DNA of 64,000 bases from Takakia lepidozioides (lineage: Eukaryota > Plantae > Bryophyta). The notes under the pieces were generated by a model that was not told the DNA's origin, ran no database searches, and saw only the letters and a program-made list of their open reading frames with translations. Below, in pieces: positions 48,401-61,122 of this stretch (position 1 is its first letter; every line of letters starts with the position of its first letter). The DNA lies in NCBI GenBank assembly GCA_030704615.1, contig CM060733.1, positions 4,526,001 through 4,590,000 of the forward strand, given 5' to 3'. Made by a program: the position numbers and the translations under genes.

Positions 48401-50718
48401 AAGACCTCGAGGGGTCAGAGAGTATGACTGGAGAGGAGGACTGGATGAGGAGCAGGAAACTACCCTGTTTGCGGCACACCCAGAGTGGGAGCAGGTTGCA
48501 GAGATGCGGCTGGAAGGCCTAAGTTGTTTAAGAAGTATGTGCTGTGGTGTAGTGTCAGCAACACCAATTGAAGAGGAAACCAGCAGTTACCCATCACATT
48601 TCTATGAAGAAAGAGAAGGAGAAATGGAAATCCTAGAGGAATCAGCCACTGTGAGTTTACAGGATGAAGTGGTGACTGGTTGGACAATCACAGCTGATGA
48701 GCAGGTGAGGGAAGTGAATGTGGGAACTGAAGAGGAACCGAGGATGGTGAAGGTAGGAGCTGATTTGGAGCCAGAATTCTTTGAAGAAGCTAAGAGTTTG
48801 TTCATCAAATACAGAGATGTATTTGCTTGGAGCTATGAGGATCTAAAAGGGATACCACCTGAAATCTGTCAGCATAAGATTGAACTGGAACCAGGATCAG
48901 TACCAATCAAGCAGGCAAGGTACAGAATGAATCCCAACTATGCACAGAAGGTTGGAGAAGAGATCAAGAAGTTGGCTGAGGCTAAGTTTATATACCCAAT
49001 AGAGTATACAACTTGGTTGTCACCCATTGTGATAGTTCCCAGAAAGAATGGTAAACTAAGAGTTTGTGTGAACTACAAGAAACTGAATGCTTGTACGAAG
49101 AAAGATCCTTTCCCTTTGCCATTCACAGAAGCAGTATTGGACACTGTGACAGGCCATGAGATGTACTCATTCATGGATGGCTTCAGTGGTTATAATCAAG
49201 TGCAAGTGGCAGAAGAAGACCAAGGAAAGACAGCTTTCATCACAGACTGGGGTGCTTATGCATACAAAGTCATGCCCTTTGGACTTTGTAATGCACCAGC
49301 AACCTTTCAGAGAGTGATAAGTGAATCTTTTCATGAGTATCTGGATGATTTCATGCAGGTTTTCTTGGATGATTTCAGTGTGTACAGCTCTAAGAATGAG
49401 CACTTGCATAAATTGGAGTTATGTCTGGCCAGATGCAGGATGAGAGGTCTGGGCCTGAATCCAGAGAAGTGTACTTTCTGTGTGAACTCAGGGGTGCTTC
49501 TGGGACACATTGTGTGTAAGAGGGGACTTCTTGTGGATCCCAGGAAAACAGAGGCCATTAAAGCCTCTCCACCACCAGTGAATGTTAAGAATCTAAGGAG
49601 ATTCCTTGGACAAACCAGCTATTACAGAAGATTTGTCAGACGGTATGCACAGATAGCAACACCATTGAGCAAACTTCTGAAGAAAGATGCAGTGTTTGCA
49701 TGGACACCTGAATGTCAACAGGCTTTTGAGGAACTTACATTGTCAGTAACAACTACACCTGTGCTGATTAATCCTCACTGGCAGGAAATATTTCATGTTC
49801 ACTGTGATGCTTCTGGAGAAGCACTATGAGCAGTGTTAGCCCAAAATGTAACAGGAAGGATAGATTCACCTGTGTACTATGCTAGCCGATTGATGAACAA
49901 TGCCGAAAGAAATTATAGCACAACGGAAAGAGAAGCATTGGCCATGATCTATGCAGTGAAGAAATTCAGGCATTACCTGTTGGGCAAGAAGTTTATGTTC
50001 TATGTGGATCGCCAGGCTCTGATATACCTGGTAAACAAACCTCTGATAAGCGGAAGAATAGCAAGATGGTTGATAATCTTGCACGAGTTTGAGTTCGAGG
50101 TTGTTTACAAGCCTGGGAGGCTGCATCTTGTGGCGGATCACTTGTCACGGTTATCAACAGGAGAACCAGCCACGGGAGTATATGATCAATTACCAGATGC
50201 GAGTCTATTTGCAGTGGAGGTGCAGGGAAGTGCAGATGACTGGTTAGATTGGCAGTGACCAATCAGATATACCTTGCTCATGGTCAGTGCCCACCAAGTT
50301 ATGGAAAGGAGCAGAGAAAGAGAATTGCTATCAAGGCTCTACCTTACACTATGGTAGGGAGCAGAATGTATAAGCTAGGACCAGATGGAGTGCTGAAGCG
50401 ATGCTTATACCACCATGAAGTTAATAAAGTTTTGGAGGAAGTTCATAAAGGAGTGGCAGGAGGTCATTTTGGAGAAGAGACTACCAGCAGGAAGATACTA
50501 CATGCAGGTTATTGGTGGCCTACTTTGTTTAAAGATGTACACAAGTATTGTGAGAGTTGTGATGAATATCAGAGGCTAGGACCTTTGCAGAGATCTGGGA
50601 AGATGGCTTTGCATCCTACAATGCCTACAAAACCGTTTCAGAAATGGGGACTAGACTTTGTTGGACCAATTAACCCACCAGCCAAGAATACACAGAACAG
50701 GTACATAATTACAGCCAC
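45497..50718 (+). pseudogene. gag-pol polyprotein with a few indels and stops
   Basis: gag YSGKGDPDVHI, CCHC knuckles; protease VLIDGGSGVN; RT FMDGFSGYNQ and VFLDDFSVY; RNase H HCDAS, NYSTTEREALA; integrase HHCC and KWGLDFVGP. Confidence 0.92.
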
Positions 50719-51181
50719 GGGGGCTGCTATTTCATGAGCCATGAGCCATGAGCGGCATGAGCCATGAGCAGAGTCGTAAGTGTGGAAAAAAACATGAGCA
50801 GCACTATTTTCCGGAAATGAGTGTACGCGTGAATAGGGTTTAGGGTGCCACGGTCATAGGGGGAGAAGGACCTCCCGATGAAGGAGGTTCGGCAATGTTA
50901 TTTAGAATTATATATTGAAAGGCAATGTTTCGCGAATGGTAGGGTGGTACTGCTCTGTACGATGGGGGCCCATTTCAGCCTACCAGCCACTTGCAAAATC
51001 CACCCACACTCCCAATCCCAAACGAAATGAGCAATGACGCATTCTGGGAACGATGGACATAGAATAGAATAAAAAGATGGCACAATGAGGTTTTTATTGA
51101 TCCACATGAATTGCATTTGAAGCACGTCTACTGTGCTGATTGTGCAATCAAATCTTTAGCCCTGTGCCTACTGAATACAAG

Positions 51182-51744
51182 TCACGTTGTCAATGGGACT
51201 TCGACTGCTCTCAGAACTAGCTCATGAGTCATGGGGCTCCTCCATGTAAAGTCGATTGCAGCCGTTGTACCGCCCCTAGTGATGTTCACCACAATGTCCT
51301 GCCCTTCAATCATACCACCATCGAATATGGAAATCTTCACGTTTTCGTCGTCCACACCAATGCGAATGTCCCCATACAATGGAGAAGAGGAGCGCACTCC
51401 TTCAGGAGAATAGGTCTCTCCGATGGAGTCCACCCACGTCCAGTGGCAGCAGTTCCACCGCAACAGCATAGCAGTGCGCCTTCTTCTGCATGGGTGACCG
51501 TCGTAGCTGGGAAAATCGGAATCGAGGATGCGCAGGAGCCACGGACTCCTCAGACCAAGATCGGACCCCGCTCGAAGGCGTAGTGGCCTAGGATATACTC
51601 AAAAGCCACCAATGTTTCCACAATCGAACCAGTATCTTCTGTGTAATCTGTGTACCAGATAACAATGTCTCCCGATGTGGCCGAATACATTGCATAATCG
51701 ATGCCTCCAAATGGGCAGTCGTCCCGGTTCCGGAAGCACGACAT
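51182..51744 (-). CDS. MULE small orphan gene X1 (copy 2, with indel)
   Basis: MSCFRNRDDCPFGGIDYAMY..; LLRWNCCHW..ELVLRAVEVPLTT. Confidence 0.65.
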
Positions 51745-52286
51745 CCTTGCAAAGGAGGACCTGAGGACGACTTGGATGCAGATGACAATGACCTTGCGGA
51801 CAGCTACGAAGCCCTTAGATTTTGGAAATGATGCGAAGCGGAAGAGCAGTCCGGAGCATCTGGGTCCCACGTACCCACCGACGGAGGTGGAACGTGTTCA
51901 TCACGCCGGCGGTGGATGAACCCATACATCTTTCTCATCAACAAGTTATAGTTTGAGATCTGCCACCGAAGTCCATCCCCCGGATGGAAATTCGGCGCCG
52001 CATTTACATCGAAGAGGGGATGGACTTCGTCGTGTCTAGTGGCTATCGGCCCACCTGGCAGTGAGTGCCCATAGTTTGCATGGCAGGGTAGGAAACTGAA
52101 ACGGCTACATTCATGAAGCAGCCAATCTTCATCGGTCCAGGATCCTGTAGGGGGGAAATTTAAATGTGCCCTGGAGTGTTTGTGAGGAATTGCAGCGTTA
52201 GCTTGAACTTTTTCCAGCCACCGCGCTGCTCCTCCTCCATCCGGGAGCTGCTGTCATTGAGCGTACTCCGCTACTCTTTTTCAAGG

Positions 52287-52892
52287 ATGCCGTGCCGCCG
52301 AAATCCAGCCGACTGCCCTTATCATGGCCACGATTATGCTATGTTCAAACCAGAATCAGGAGACATCATTGTCTGGCTCTCTGTTTTCACAGACGCTGCT
52401 GGAATCAAGCAAGAGTCTTTGCGCGCAATGGAGTATCTGGAGGGCTATTACCGCTTTGAGCGAGGTGAGGGCGAGGGTCAATGCGGTCCGTGGGTCCTGA
52501 AAATTGTTGACCTCGATATACCAAGCTGGAAAGGGATGCCGGATAGATCACGCACGGCCTCGCTTTGGCGCTGGAACTGCTGCCAGTGGACCAGGGAGGA
52601 CGGCACCGGGGAAAACTATATACGTGCAGATCACTCCGCTCTTCCAGTGTATGGAGACATTCGGCTGAGTTGCGAAGACGAATCGCACGGGCACATGAGG
52701 CCCACAGTGACCTTGTCAATGTATGATGGTGGTATCATTGATGGACATGACATTGTCGTCGGCTCCAGCAAGGGCAGCAGAACGACCGAATTGCAGTTTA
52801 CCTCGAGGTGCCGCAGCAGTGATGAGCTTGTTTTGAGGGGTATCGAAGTTCGTCGACTTGGTGAAGCCCATGTAGAAGGAGGAAGGGCTTAG
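52287..52892 (+). CDS. MULE small orphan gene X2 (201 aa, intact), diverged paralogue of X1
   Basis: MPCRRNPADCP..DYAMF..GDIIVW..LWRWNCCQW..VYGDIRL..YDGGIIDGHDIVV..ELVLRGIEV; same CAAGGATG start context; AATAAA at ~52934. Confidence 0.75.
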   Translation: MPCRRNPADCPYHGHDYAMFKPESGDIIVWLSVFTDAAGIKQESLRAMEYLEGYYRFERGEGEGQCGPWVLKIVDLDIPSWKGMPDRSRTASLWRWNCCQWTREDGTGENYIRADHSALPVYGDIRLSCEDESHGHMRPTVTLSMYDGGIIDGHDIVVGSSKGSRTTELQFTSRCRSSDELVLRGIEVRRLGEAHVEGGRA

Positions 52893-53119
52893 TTTTGTCT
52901 GCAGTTGGTAAATGTGAGACATCGTGTCCGATCAATAAACCCATCGTACCTCACTTCTGTATGATTGTGTTTCATTCTGTTGAATAACTGTCGGAATTGG
53001 CCCACTGTTTACAATTTGATGTCTCATTTCTACAATGTGTCTGTCCGGATGAATATAGCAGAGTAACCGGTATGAGAGTCATGTGTCAAGAATATACCAG
53101 AGTAACGCCATGTCGGACA

Positions 53120-53890
53120 TTGAAATGCGGCACCGCATTTCCATGTCGGACAAGGAAATGCGGTGCCGAATTTCCATGCCGACATGGAAATGTATGAACC
53201 GCATTTCAGTGTCGGACAATGAAATGCGGTGCATCATTTCCGTCCAGGTACACGAAATACCAACACGGGTCTATAAATTGGACAGACAACGAGGTTGGCA
53301 TTGCAAATGCGGCGACGCATTTCCAGCTTGGCAATGGAAACTTCTTTTTGGACAAGGGAATGCGGTGCCGCATTTCCGTCCAACACTTCGAAAAGTGTGA
53401 CATTTCCGACCAGCGCGATGGAATGCGTTACCGCATTTCCGTGAGAGGGTCTGCAAATGGACAAATTGCGATGTCCGTTCTGGAAATGCGGCGCCGCATT
53501 TCCATGTCCGTCATCGATTTTTTTTTTACAATGGAATGCGGTGCCAATTTTTGTTGATGGGCCTGCAGTTCGAACAACGACCATCCCCAATATGGAAATG
53601 CGGCACCGCATTTCCAATTCCGCCATCTCGACCTCCTTGTTCGACCTCCTTGTTCGACCTCTGTAAGCGTGGTGGCATCCATGCAATGAGCGGGAGAGGC
53701 CAAAACTGGCGTGTGGACAAAGGAAATTTTGGAAATGCGGCACCGCATTTCCAATCGGCCGATTACTTTTTACTATGCCAACATTGAAATGGAAAATTTA
53801 GTCCCTCCCCTGTTTTGGAAATGCGGTGCCGCATTTCCAAAAGAGGTTCTTAGAGTTGCCAAAATTTTGGAAATGCGGTGCCCCATTTCT
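53120..53890. repeat. Palindrome cluster in MULE copy 2
   Basis: Same GGAAATGCGG-NN-CCGCATTTCC motif, counterpart of 32435-33170. Confidence 0.9.
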
Positions 53891-54026
53891 GACTTTGGGA
53901 GCGTCGTGGTTTGGGCGATTGTGTGGCTGGAATGCACACTGGAGAGGGGTCACGAATGTCGGGCAGAATTTCCTTTATATACTCTGGAAGAGAATTTACA
54001 TTTACAGAGACTTCATTAAAATTCTA

Positions 54027-57000
54027 TTAATCTTGAAAATCATCCGAATCCTCATCCTGTTCTAGACTGTCCTGCTCCGCCTCCACCCCCTCAGTGCCTT
54101 TCTCATCCCAGCGGACTGCTCGTTGGCCAGGCTTTCAAAAATCCCATCTTCCCCTTGCGGAACTGTCCATCTCACCTCCGTTGGGTCGTCTTCCTCCCTG
54201 TCTGCGTCGCTCTCATCCGCTGAATCACATATGTACTTTCGTACCCGTCTACCTGTCTGAGCTGCTGCCAACTCTTTCCTTATCCTTCTGTCCTCCCTAG
54301 CCCTCTCCAAAATCTGCTCTACTTTACTAGGATTCTCACTTCTTCTAATCGCTGTATTTGCGAGTTTAGCTGCATAACTAGGAAGGGAGTAGTCCCTCAC
54401 CGGGCTCGTCATGAAGTCGGCCCTCGCAAAGAACGGGACATTCTTCCTGGCAGGAAGTGTAGGCCCTACATGTTTCGACCCGGACCCTGCAATCCTGCAC
54501 ATGACAATCATCAACGAGACTAATGAGAACCACAGTCGGGAAATTCGTTTGACAAAAATGACCCAGAAGGCTTTGCAAACTTACAATGTTTGCACTCACT
54601 CGTATTCCGGGTTCTCCTCCGCATCAATGTCCACTGTGTCTTCCTCGGACTCCGACGAATCCGAGGAGACTTCCGCTCTGTCGGGAGCCTTAACATTCCG
54701 TTGCAGCCCTTCCAGATGGGATCCCCACACGGATGAATCCTCCTCGTAGGCAAAGAGGTGCCGGTCGGAAAACCGCCCAGCCCACATTGAGGCACCTGTT
54801 ACAATGCCATCCACACATTACCACATGGCGCTTCAGATGTTGCGAACTACATCCTAACGAGAATTTGCAGAACAGCATAGATCAAGATTCTGCATACCTG
54901 TCCCACAGATGAGGTCGAGCACTGTGCCCTCCACGTCTGTGCATGTCTCCATAATTGTCTGAATGAAGGCAGGGCTCCGAGTCCGTGAGTACCGCAGGGG
55001 TTCCGTTGAAGTGAGGCTATGAGGGAGAAGTTCCTTGGGAACGTTGTTGAACAGAACGTCGTAATCGAGGGGGTCGCAGTTCGGGTCAACCTTTCCTCCC
55101 TCCTTCCGGAAAGCAAAGGTGGAGTTCTCCTTCACAAAGCAGTATGCATCGAACTGCTTCGTCTGCATACACAGGGGGGAACGATTAGAAACCAAATGCG
55201 GCACCGCATTTGAAAACACCCAAGCAAATGAATGGACGAGTGCCAGTGTCGTAATCACCTTCTTCCCTTCCGACCGAAGGCCCAGTGTGTTGATGCACGT
55301 CCACTTCTTTTTCAGAATCGGGACGGCGCTCTTGCGGGTCCACTTCGCAATTCCTGTCTGAGTGTTTTTTCCTCTGCTCGCCAGGACAACCACACAGCCT
55401 CTGTCGTCCAACACCATGCGGGCAAGCCCGAATCCTTTCTTCCAAAAGTCCTCCGAGTACCTGTTCCAAGATGGCAAAGCTTGCAGTCCTTCCATAGGCT
55501 CTCCGTCCGGAATATCCAAGATGATCATATCGCAAGACCACTCGGTGGCATTTCCGCCCCTCCTACAATCCTTGTCTGCACACACCCTCTCAAAGAAGGA
55601 AACCATATTCTGAAATCCTGGGGTGTCGGAAGGCTCTTCGGCAGTCGCCTTCTTCAGTGCTCTGCCCTTCAGACCCTCCATGGTCTTCATGTATGCCAAC
55701 TTGGCTGCCCGTCCATCCAAAGCCGCCAAGAAACTCTCATTTACACACTGGACTACTGTTTCGGGAGCCACTTTCGGCCTCTTCATTTCCACCGGCTCGA
55801 AAGGGTGCCCCCCTGGGGGGTTGAAGAGTGCCTTCTTTGCCGAGCCAGTTCTCGTGCCTCTCGTGACAACGGTGGGCACAGGGGAGGCAGCCTGCGTTTG
55901 GGGGGGTGGGCTGGTTGCAAAGTCTCCATCGGAGTCCTCTTCCTCACCCTCTTCCTGAACAGGCTGTTTCTGCTTCTTCGTTTTGGCGGGTGTCACAACA
56001 GCTGCTCCTTGCTGGCGAGTCCTCTTCTTCGACCCCTTCTGTTGGGCCTGCACAGCTGCATCCACCGTCTTTTGTGCCATCTCAGCTGCCTTTCTGGATT
56101 CTTCCAGAGCAGCAGATTCCTTTGCCGACTTTGGCCCAGCAGGGACACGTCTTTCCTTTCTTTTCTCTTCTGCCAAGGCGAGCAGATCTTTCTCAGACTC
56201 GTCAACAATACCGCCAAACATGTCCAGGTACCACGGGCATCCAACGAGATGCGCGGGATGCCATTGTTTCTGCATCTCGGGTGTGTAGACACAGCTTGGG
56301 CCCGCCACGGTCCAAGCCATGAAGAACGGGGGCTCTTGAGCCAGGGCCCCTGTCTGAAGGAGCACGTATTTCATATACCTGCAAGGCAGTCAGCATGCGT
56401 GAGCAAAAGTTGAGACCAACCTACTCGCAGAGTGCCACCGAAAACATAAAATGCGAATGCGGTGCCGCATTTCCGAGACAAACCTCGTAACTAGGCTTCG
56501 CATACAAGGGCAGCTGTGCTTCACCTGTAAACAATTCGCATTGCAGCTTTCCCCGCTCCCTCCTGATGTGTAAACTCCACGCTCCTTCTTGCTGTCTGTA
56601 GCTCTCTGGCGAAAAGGTTGTCCTTGTACGCACATCTGAAACATGTCACGTAGTCTTCCAATGTCTGTGTTCCATCCCATTTGACGTACAAGCCGAACGA
56701 ATTTGTGTGCATTACGACTTGCTCCTTCGCATTCGACATTACCTGCGATTCCCAAATGCATTGTCACGTAGCAGTTCAGGGAATTCATTTCAGAAAAGCA
56801 AATCTGGGGAAGTACCTTGAATTACCTGGAACCACCAAGTCATGCGGTTGAGCCACACATCCACTGCAGGGTCGGAAACTTCGAGTGGAAAAGACCACAT
56901 TGTCCTTATGCTCTCGGATGCATTCCAGATCGACAGCCACCGTGTCTGCCATTTCCGATCCAATGTCAGGAGCTGGAAGAGAGTGGCTATTGCTAGGAAG

Positions 57001-57741
57001 GAACTTCAGTGCATTGAAACCTCACTTTGTCTTTCGCCTCCACACATGCCGTTGAGAGGTGATGCAGTTTCTCCAATTGCATGGTCGGCTGCATGGCCCG
57101 AGAATAGTGTTTTGCAATCTCGGGGATGAAGTCCTTTCCAAGTGCCGGATCTGCAATTGCCACCAGCTTCACAAGCTTTGACTTGTATTTGGTTCTGGAC
57201 TTGACACCGGCTTCCTTCAAGTGCTCAGTCAATGACTGCAACGTTTTGACTTGCCCCTCACTTTCCTTGAAAAAGCGTTTGGCATGGGCCAAATCCAGCT
57301 TGATGTTTGACTGCCAACAAAAACATGCAGAAGCGTTACATTCGATTTATGTGGAAAGATTACTGGAAATTGGGGAAGGATGAGCAGAGGGAAATGGGAG
57401 GACGACTTACTTCGTATATCACCTCCACCATTCCATCCATAGTGAGACGATACCATGTCCGGTCTGTTTTTGCAACGGCTTTCTGAATGAGCTCGGGCTC
57501 CAGCATTTCCGCAAACATCTGCGGATCAGTGAGACCAGTTTTTCTCACCCTGTACAGCATATGTGCCATGTGGGTATGCACGTACGCATTCTCAGTGACC
57601 CTGCAAGGCACACTCTCCAGTTCAGTACACGGAAGCACGGAAACAAACCAGAATGGAAACCGAAATGCGGCACCGCATTTCGAACGTGCTAGGGAGGGTA
57701 TGAGTATCTTACGAGTTGAGGTCCGCCATGGCATTCTTGAG
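54027..57741 (-). CDS. 3' part of the ParB/methyltransferase-like cargo gene (copy 2; MTase exons in frame)
   Basis: ORF 54854-56374 has DMIILDIPDG and VLDLICGTG; next exons 54596-54795 and 54027-~54497. Confidence 0.75.
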
Positions 57742-57884
57742 CGTTTTCCTTGGCCATAGCATCTGTCTTAGAGCCTATTCCAGCCCCCTACACCTGCCAC
57801 TTCAAGAGCCATGCTCTATCTAGGCTTGAGGTTGAAACCCCAACTCAAAACACGCTCTACAAGTGTCGGACTGTCACATAAGAG

Positions 57885-58205
57885 CAGATCAGCCCCTTAC
57901 CTTCTCTTCTAGTTCTCTAAAGCTTGAAAACAAAAGCCCAATGGACTGAAGGCATGCTCCACACATGCCCCACTCTCACCACAAGAGAATCAGCCCCTTT
58001 GCTTCCTTTCTTGCACCCACCAACCTGAAAATACAAGCTTCAACGGGCTGAAAGCATGCTCCACACATGCATTGCCCTCACATAAGGGAAGTTAGCCCTT
58101 CCCTCTTCCTTGCTTGCCCTCCAAGCTTGAAGATGGAAACTTCAATGAGCTGAATACATGCTCCACACATGCAACCCTTTCACACAAGAGGTATCAGCCC
58201 CCTAT
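57885..58205. repeat. Degenerate ~100-bp tandem repeat x3
   Basis: CATGCTCCACACATGC at ~57953, 58055, 58157; TCAGCCCC recurs. Confidence 0.75.
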
Positions 58206-59185
58206 CTTGGCTCCTTGGCTCCTTGATGCTCTCTAAGACAAGACTAAGCACTCCACAACCTTTGTCAAGCTCCTGAAACCCTAAGGCTTACATTTCCAGC
58301 CACAAGACACTTCTCTTGTGGTGCAAGAGCTCTTCTTCCAAGCTCTGAAACCCTAGGTGCACATTCCATGGCCTTGCCGCACCTCTTAGCTCCTGTTCCA
58401 GCCCTGCTCTTGCCATGACAAGAGCCCTCTCAATGCTGAAGCTCGAGATTGAAACCCAATCTCACCATACTCCATAAAGTACACTGATTTGCCCCAAGCC
58501 AAATCAGCCCTTTCGCTTGGTCTTGCAATCCTTCACACAATGAAAGCTCGCATTCCCAAGTCCAGTTCTCAGCTTTGCCACCAAAGCCACTATAACCTGC
58601 TCTTGACTGGTCCTCTTCCCAATTGTGCTTGCTCATGCATGTACACAATCTGAAACCATCAAGGTGCTCTGGAATTACCTGCAGCATGGTGCTTTCATCT
58701 CTGAAGCTGAAGATCGAATGCCAAGGTCTACCACCTCGTAACCCACATCGCCTCCGCTTCTAACAACCAAGGGCTCCACGGTGCTCCTTGCATAACAACC
58801 TGGTTTCTCTCATCCTCAAGCAAAAACCACAAGTGCTACAACTAACTCGTATCTGGCACTCACAGATACGAGTTCATCTTTCTCGAGTGATAAAGAGGAA
58901 GAATACAAGCACAAGCTCATGCAAGCTCACAAAGTTGAAGCATAAACTCATGCATATATAACCTCATCACTCAAATACAAGTCAAGCCAAGTGCACCCCA
59001 CGCCATGGGGAATCCACACTACGGCGCCATAGCTAGGCGCGGTGAGGCTCAACTCGAGAAAGATGAGCCTCCCGCTTGCCGTGAAGATAACCACTCCAGG
59101 GCCTAAATCTGCCTTGACCCCTGGATTGACACTTGGGCCAATCCCAAATGTCAATATGTAAAAGCTAGCTATTTCCTAGCTAGTT

Positions 59186-59632
59186 TCACACTAGTGGTAA
59201 AATAACTTGACAAGGGAAGTGTAGTAGGACTCCCTTGCTCTCAATGTGTGCAACATTAGAATTCACCTGATGAAGCTCAATGGGAACGTGTGGGTTGTCC
59301 TTACTCATGGCCAGCTGTAGAGTTGCCAAGTCGTAGAATGGCCCTTCGAAAAGATCAGATGGCGGGCTAGGTGGGGGCGAAATTGGAGAGCTTGGAGTTC
59401 CTGCAATCGTGAATCCTTTTTGTTGGGGCCGAGTATGTTCCCCTGCTGGTCCTGGCATTGTAGACCTGGAGTGGCTTGCATTTCTCGGCGATGTGAGGCC
59501 CAAAGAGTGAGATTGGTGTGCTAAGAAGAAGCCTGTCCCAGTAGAGGGGTGGAGATGACTTGGATCGTAAAATCTGGGTGGTCCCGATCTGGTGGGAGTA
59601 GACTTGAGGGATTTGTTAAGAAGGGGAGCCAT
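59186..59632 (-). pseudogene. Possible truncated LINE ORF1 5' fragment
   Basis: Pro/Ser-rich N-terminus ending in GVLLHF; weak resemblance only. Confidence 0.25.
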
Positions 59633-61122
59633 GGGTATTTTGGAGTAGACAAGAGAGACCGAAGGAGAGATAACGCGAGCTCGAACAAAGAGAGCAGCAG
59701 ACGTGAGGGAGCGAAGAGGCGCGCTGGTGCGAGAGAGATCCGTAAACAGCTAAGTCGGAAGCAGGAAGCAGCTGGAGATAGACAGTGGCCTTCGAGGCTC
59801 GAGCAGCTGCAGTGGGAGGTCGGGGGTGACTTTAGTGAGTGTGACAGCTATTAGTTATCCAAGGCCAGAGTTTGCCGGTGATCATAACATAGATGGCAGG
59901 AGGAGGGAGCTGATTGGATGGAGCTTGTTGATAAAGGAAAAAAGGGAGAGGGTCTTAGCATTATGGCAGCTGATCATTAAGGGGAGGGGATTAGAGCATA
60001 AATTCAGTACTGGTTATCAAGCATGCTTGGAGGATGAATAAGGTGAGATTCATCGGGCAAACTGTTGAAGGGCGAGCGTCTTGGAGAGACATCCAGGGGA
60101 GGGTGAGGGTTTATGATGGCACAGAATGACGCACGAGGTACGGGGGTGAGATGCCTAGGACCGGGTGATGATCCCAGTTATGATGAGGAGATCACACCGA
60201 ATGTCAGGCTTTGGATCAGGCCGAAGAAACCATCCTGAGCCTTAGACAGTCGCTTGCACCTAACTTGGCTTGAGAAGGGTTAAGTTTTAAGATTGAAACC
60301 TTCCGAGGATTCCTCGGTTGAAAGCGAGAGGACTATGTGCTTCGTTCCTCTTGAAAAGAACTGTGTGAAGGTGGAGCCGAGTACACGCACAGAGTAAACG
60401 AGCCGAACGAGCGGGACGATGGAGCCCTTGGCCTCTCTCACCGCAAACCACGGCGCGCTCCATCTCCTCCATCCGACTTAAGATTGTTATTAAAAATTAA
60501 TTTGCTTTCTACCAAAATAATTTTATTCCTCCATTTCATAATTAATTTAATAACACTATTTAGTTTAGTTTAGGGTACAATCTGTTGTTTCTAGCTACAG
60601 TCATGTCCTACAAATGACAGGTTGTAGTTCATCTTCTGCAATCCTGCAAGTACAAGGAGACAACCCAGTAGATATATTAGTCAAGAGACACTTTGCACTA
60701 TATGACTACTACAAGTGGGCACACACTCTGAAAAAAGTCCGTCTTGGAAGAAGAACTGAATCAGTGAGAAGGTGGCTGCCTAAAGGGATTAGAAAGGATG
60801 GTGAGGAAGATGATCTTGATTGGAATAAGTTCAAGTTGTTCCACGAGTTTATAGGAGGAGAACCACTATACAAGACCTATGCTCAGCAAAACCACAAAGA
60901 TTTGTATGAGTTTGTAGAGTTGGGTACGTCATAGATCTCCCACCTCTGTTGGAGCACCTTATATAGGAGAGAAGCCTAGAGGGACTAATTTGGCACAATG
61001 GTACAAAGATCAAGGACTGGAATGGCCAGTCAAGCTGATTGACATTCCATACTCTAGGAAATAGAATTAGTGGTTTACTTACTTGGTTAAATAGGCTGCA
61101 AATAGGCTGAGATCTGAACACC

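Larger units (their letters stand above)
43963..50718 (+). mobile_element. Non-chromovirus Ty3/gypsy LTR retrotransposon, cut within integrase by MULE copy 2
   Basis: LTR 43963-44887 (TG..CA), PBS TGGCGACCATAC at 44890, gag-PR-RT-RH-INT. Confidence 0.92.
50719..57741 (+). mobile_element. MULE copy 2, inverted relative to copy 1 and truncated (equivalent to ~28600-34800)
   Basis: Starts GGGGGCTGCTATTTCATGAGC; collinear reverse complement of copy 1; homology ends at 57741. Confidence 0.93.

Noticed and set aside
28600-57741. One giant inverted duplication centred near 43.7 kb
   Set aside because: The two MULE ends have different flanks (chromovirus RT with TSD versus another gypsy's integrase) and 34.8-38 kb has no mirror, so these are independent insertions
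60596-60615. TA-CAGT.. as the pogo left TIR
   Set aside because: No matching inverted end was found in the window, and it could equally be a splice acceptor
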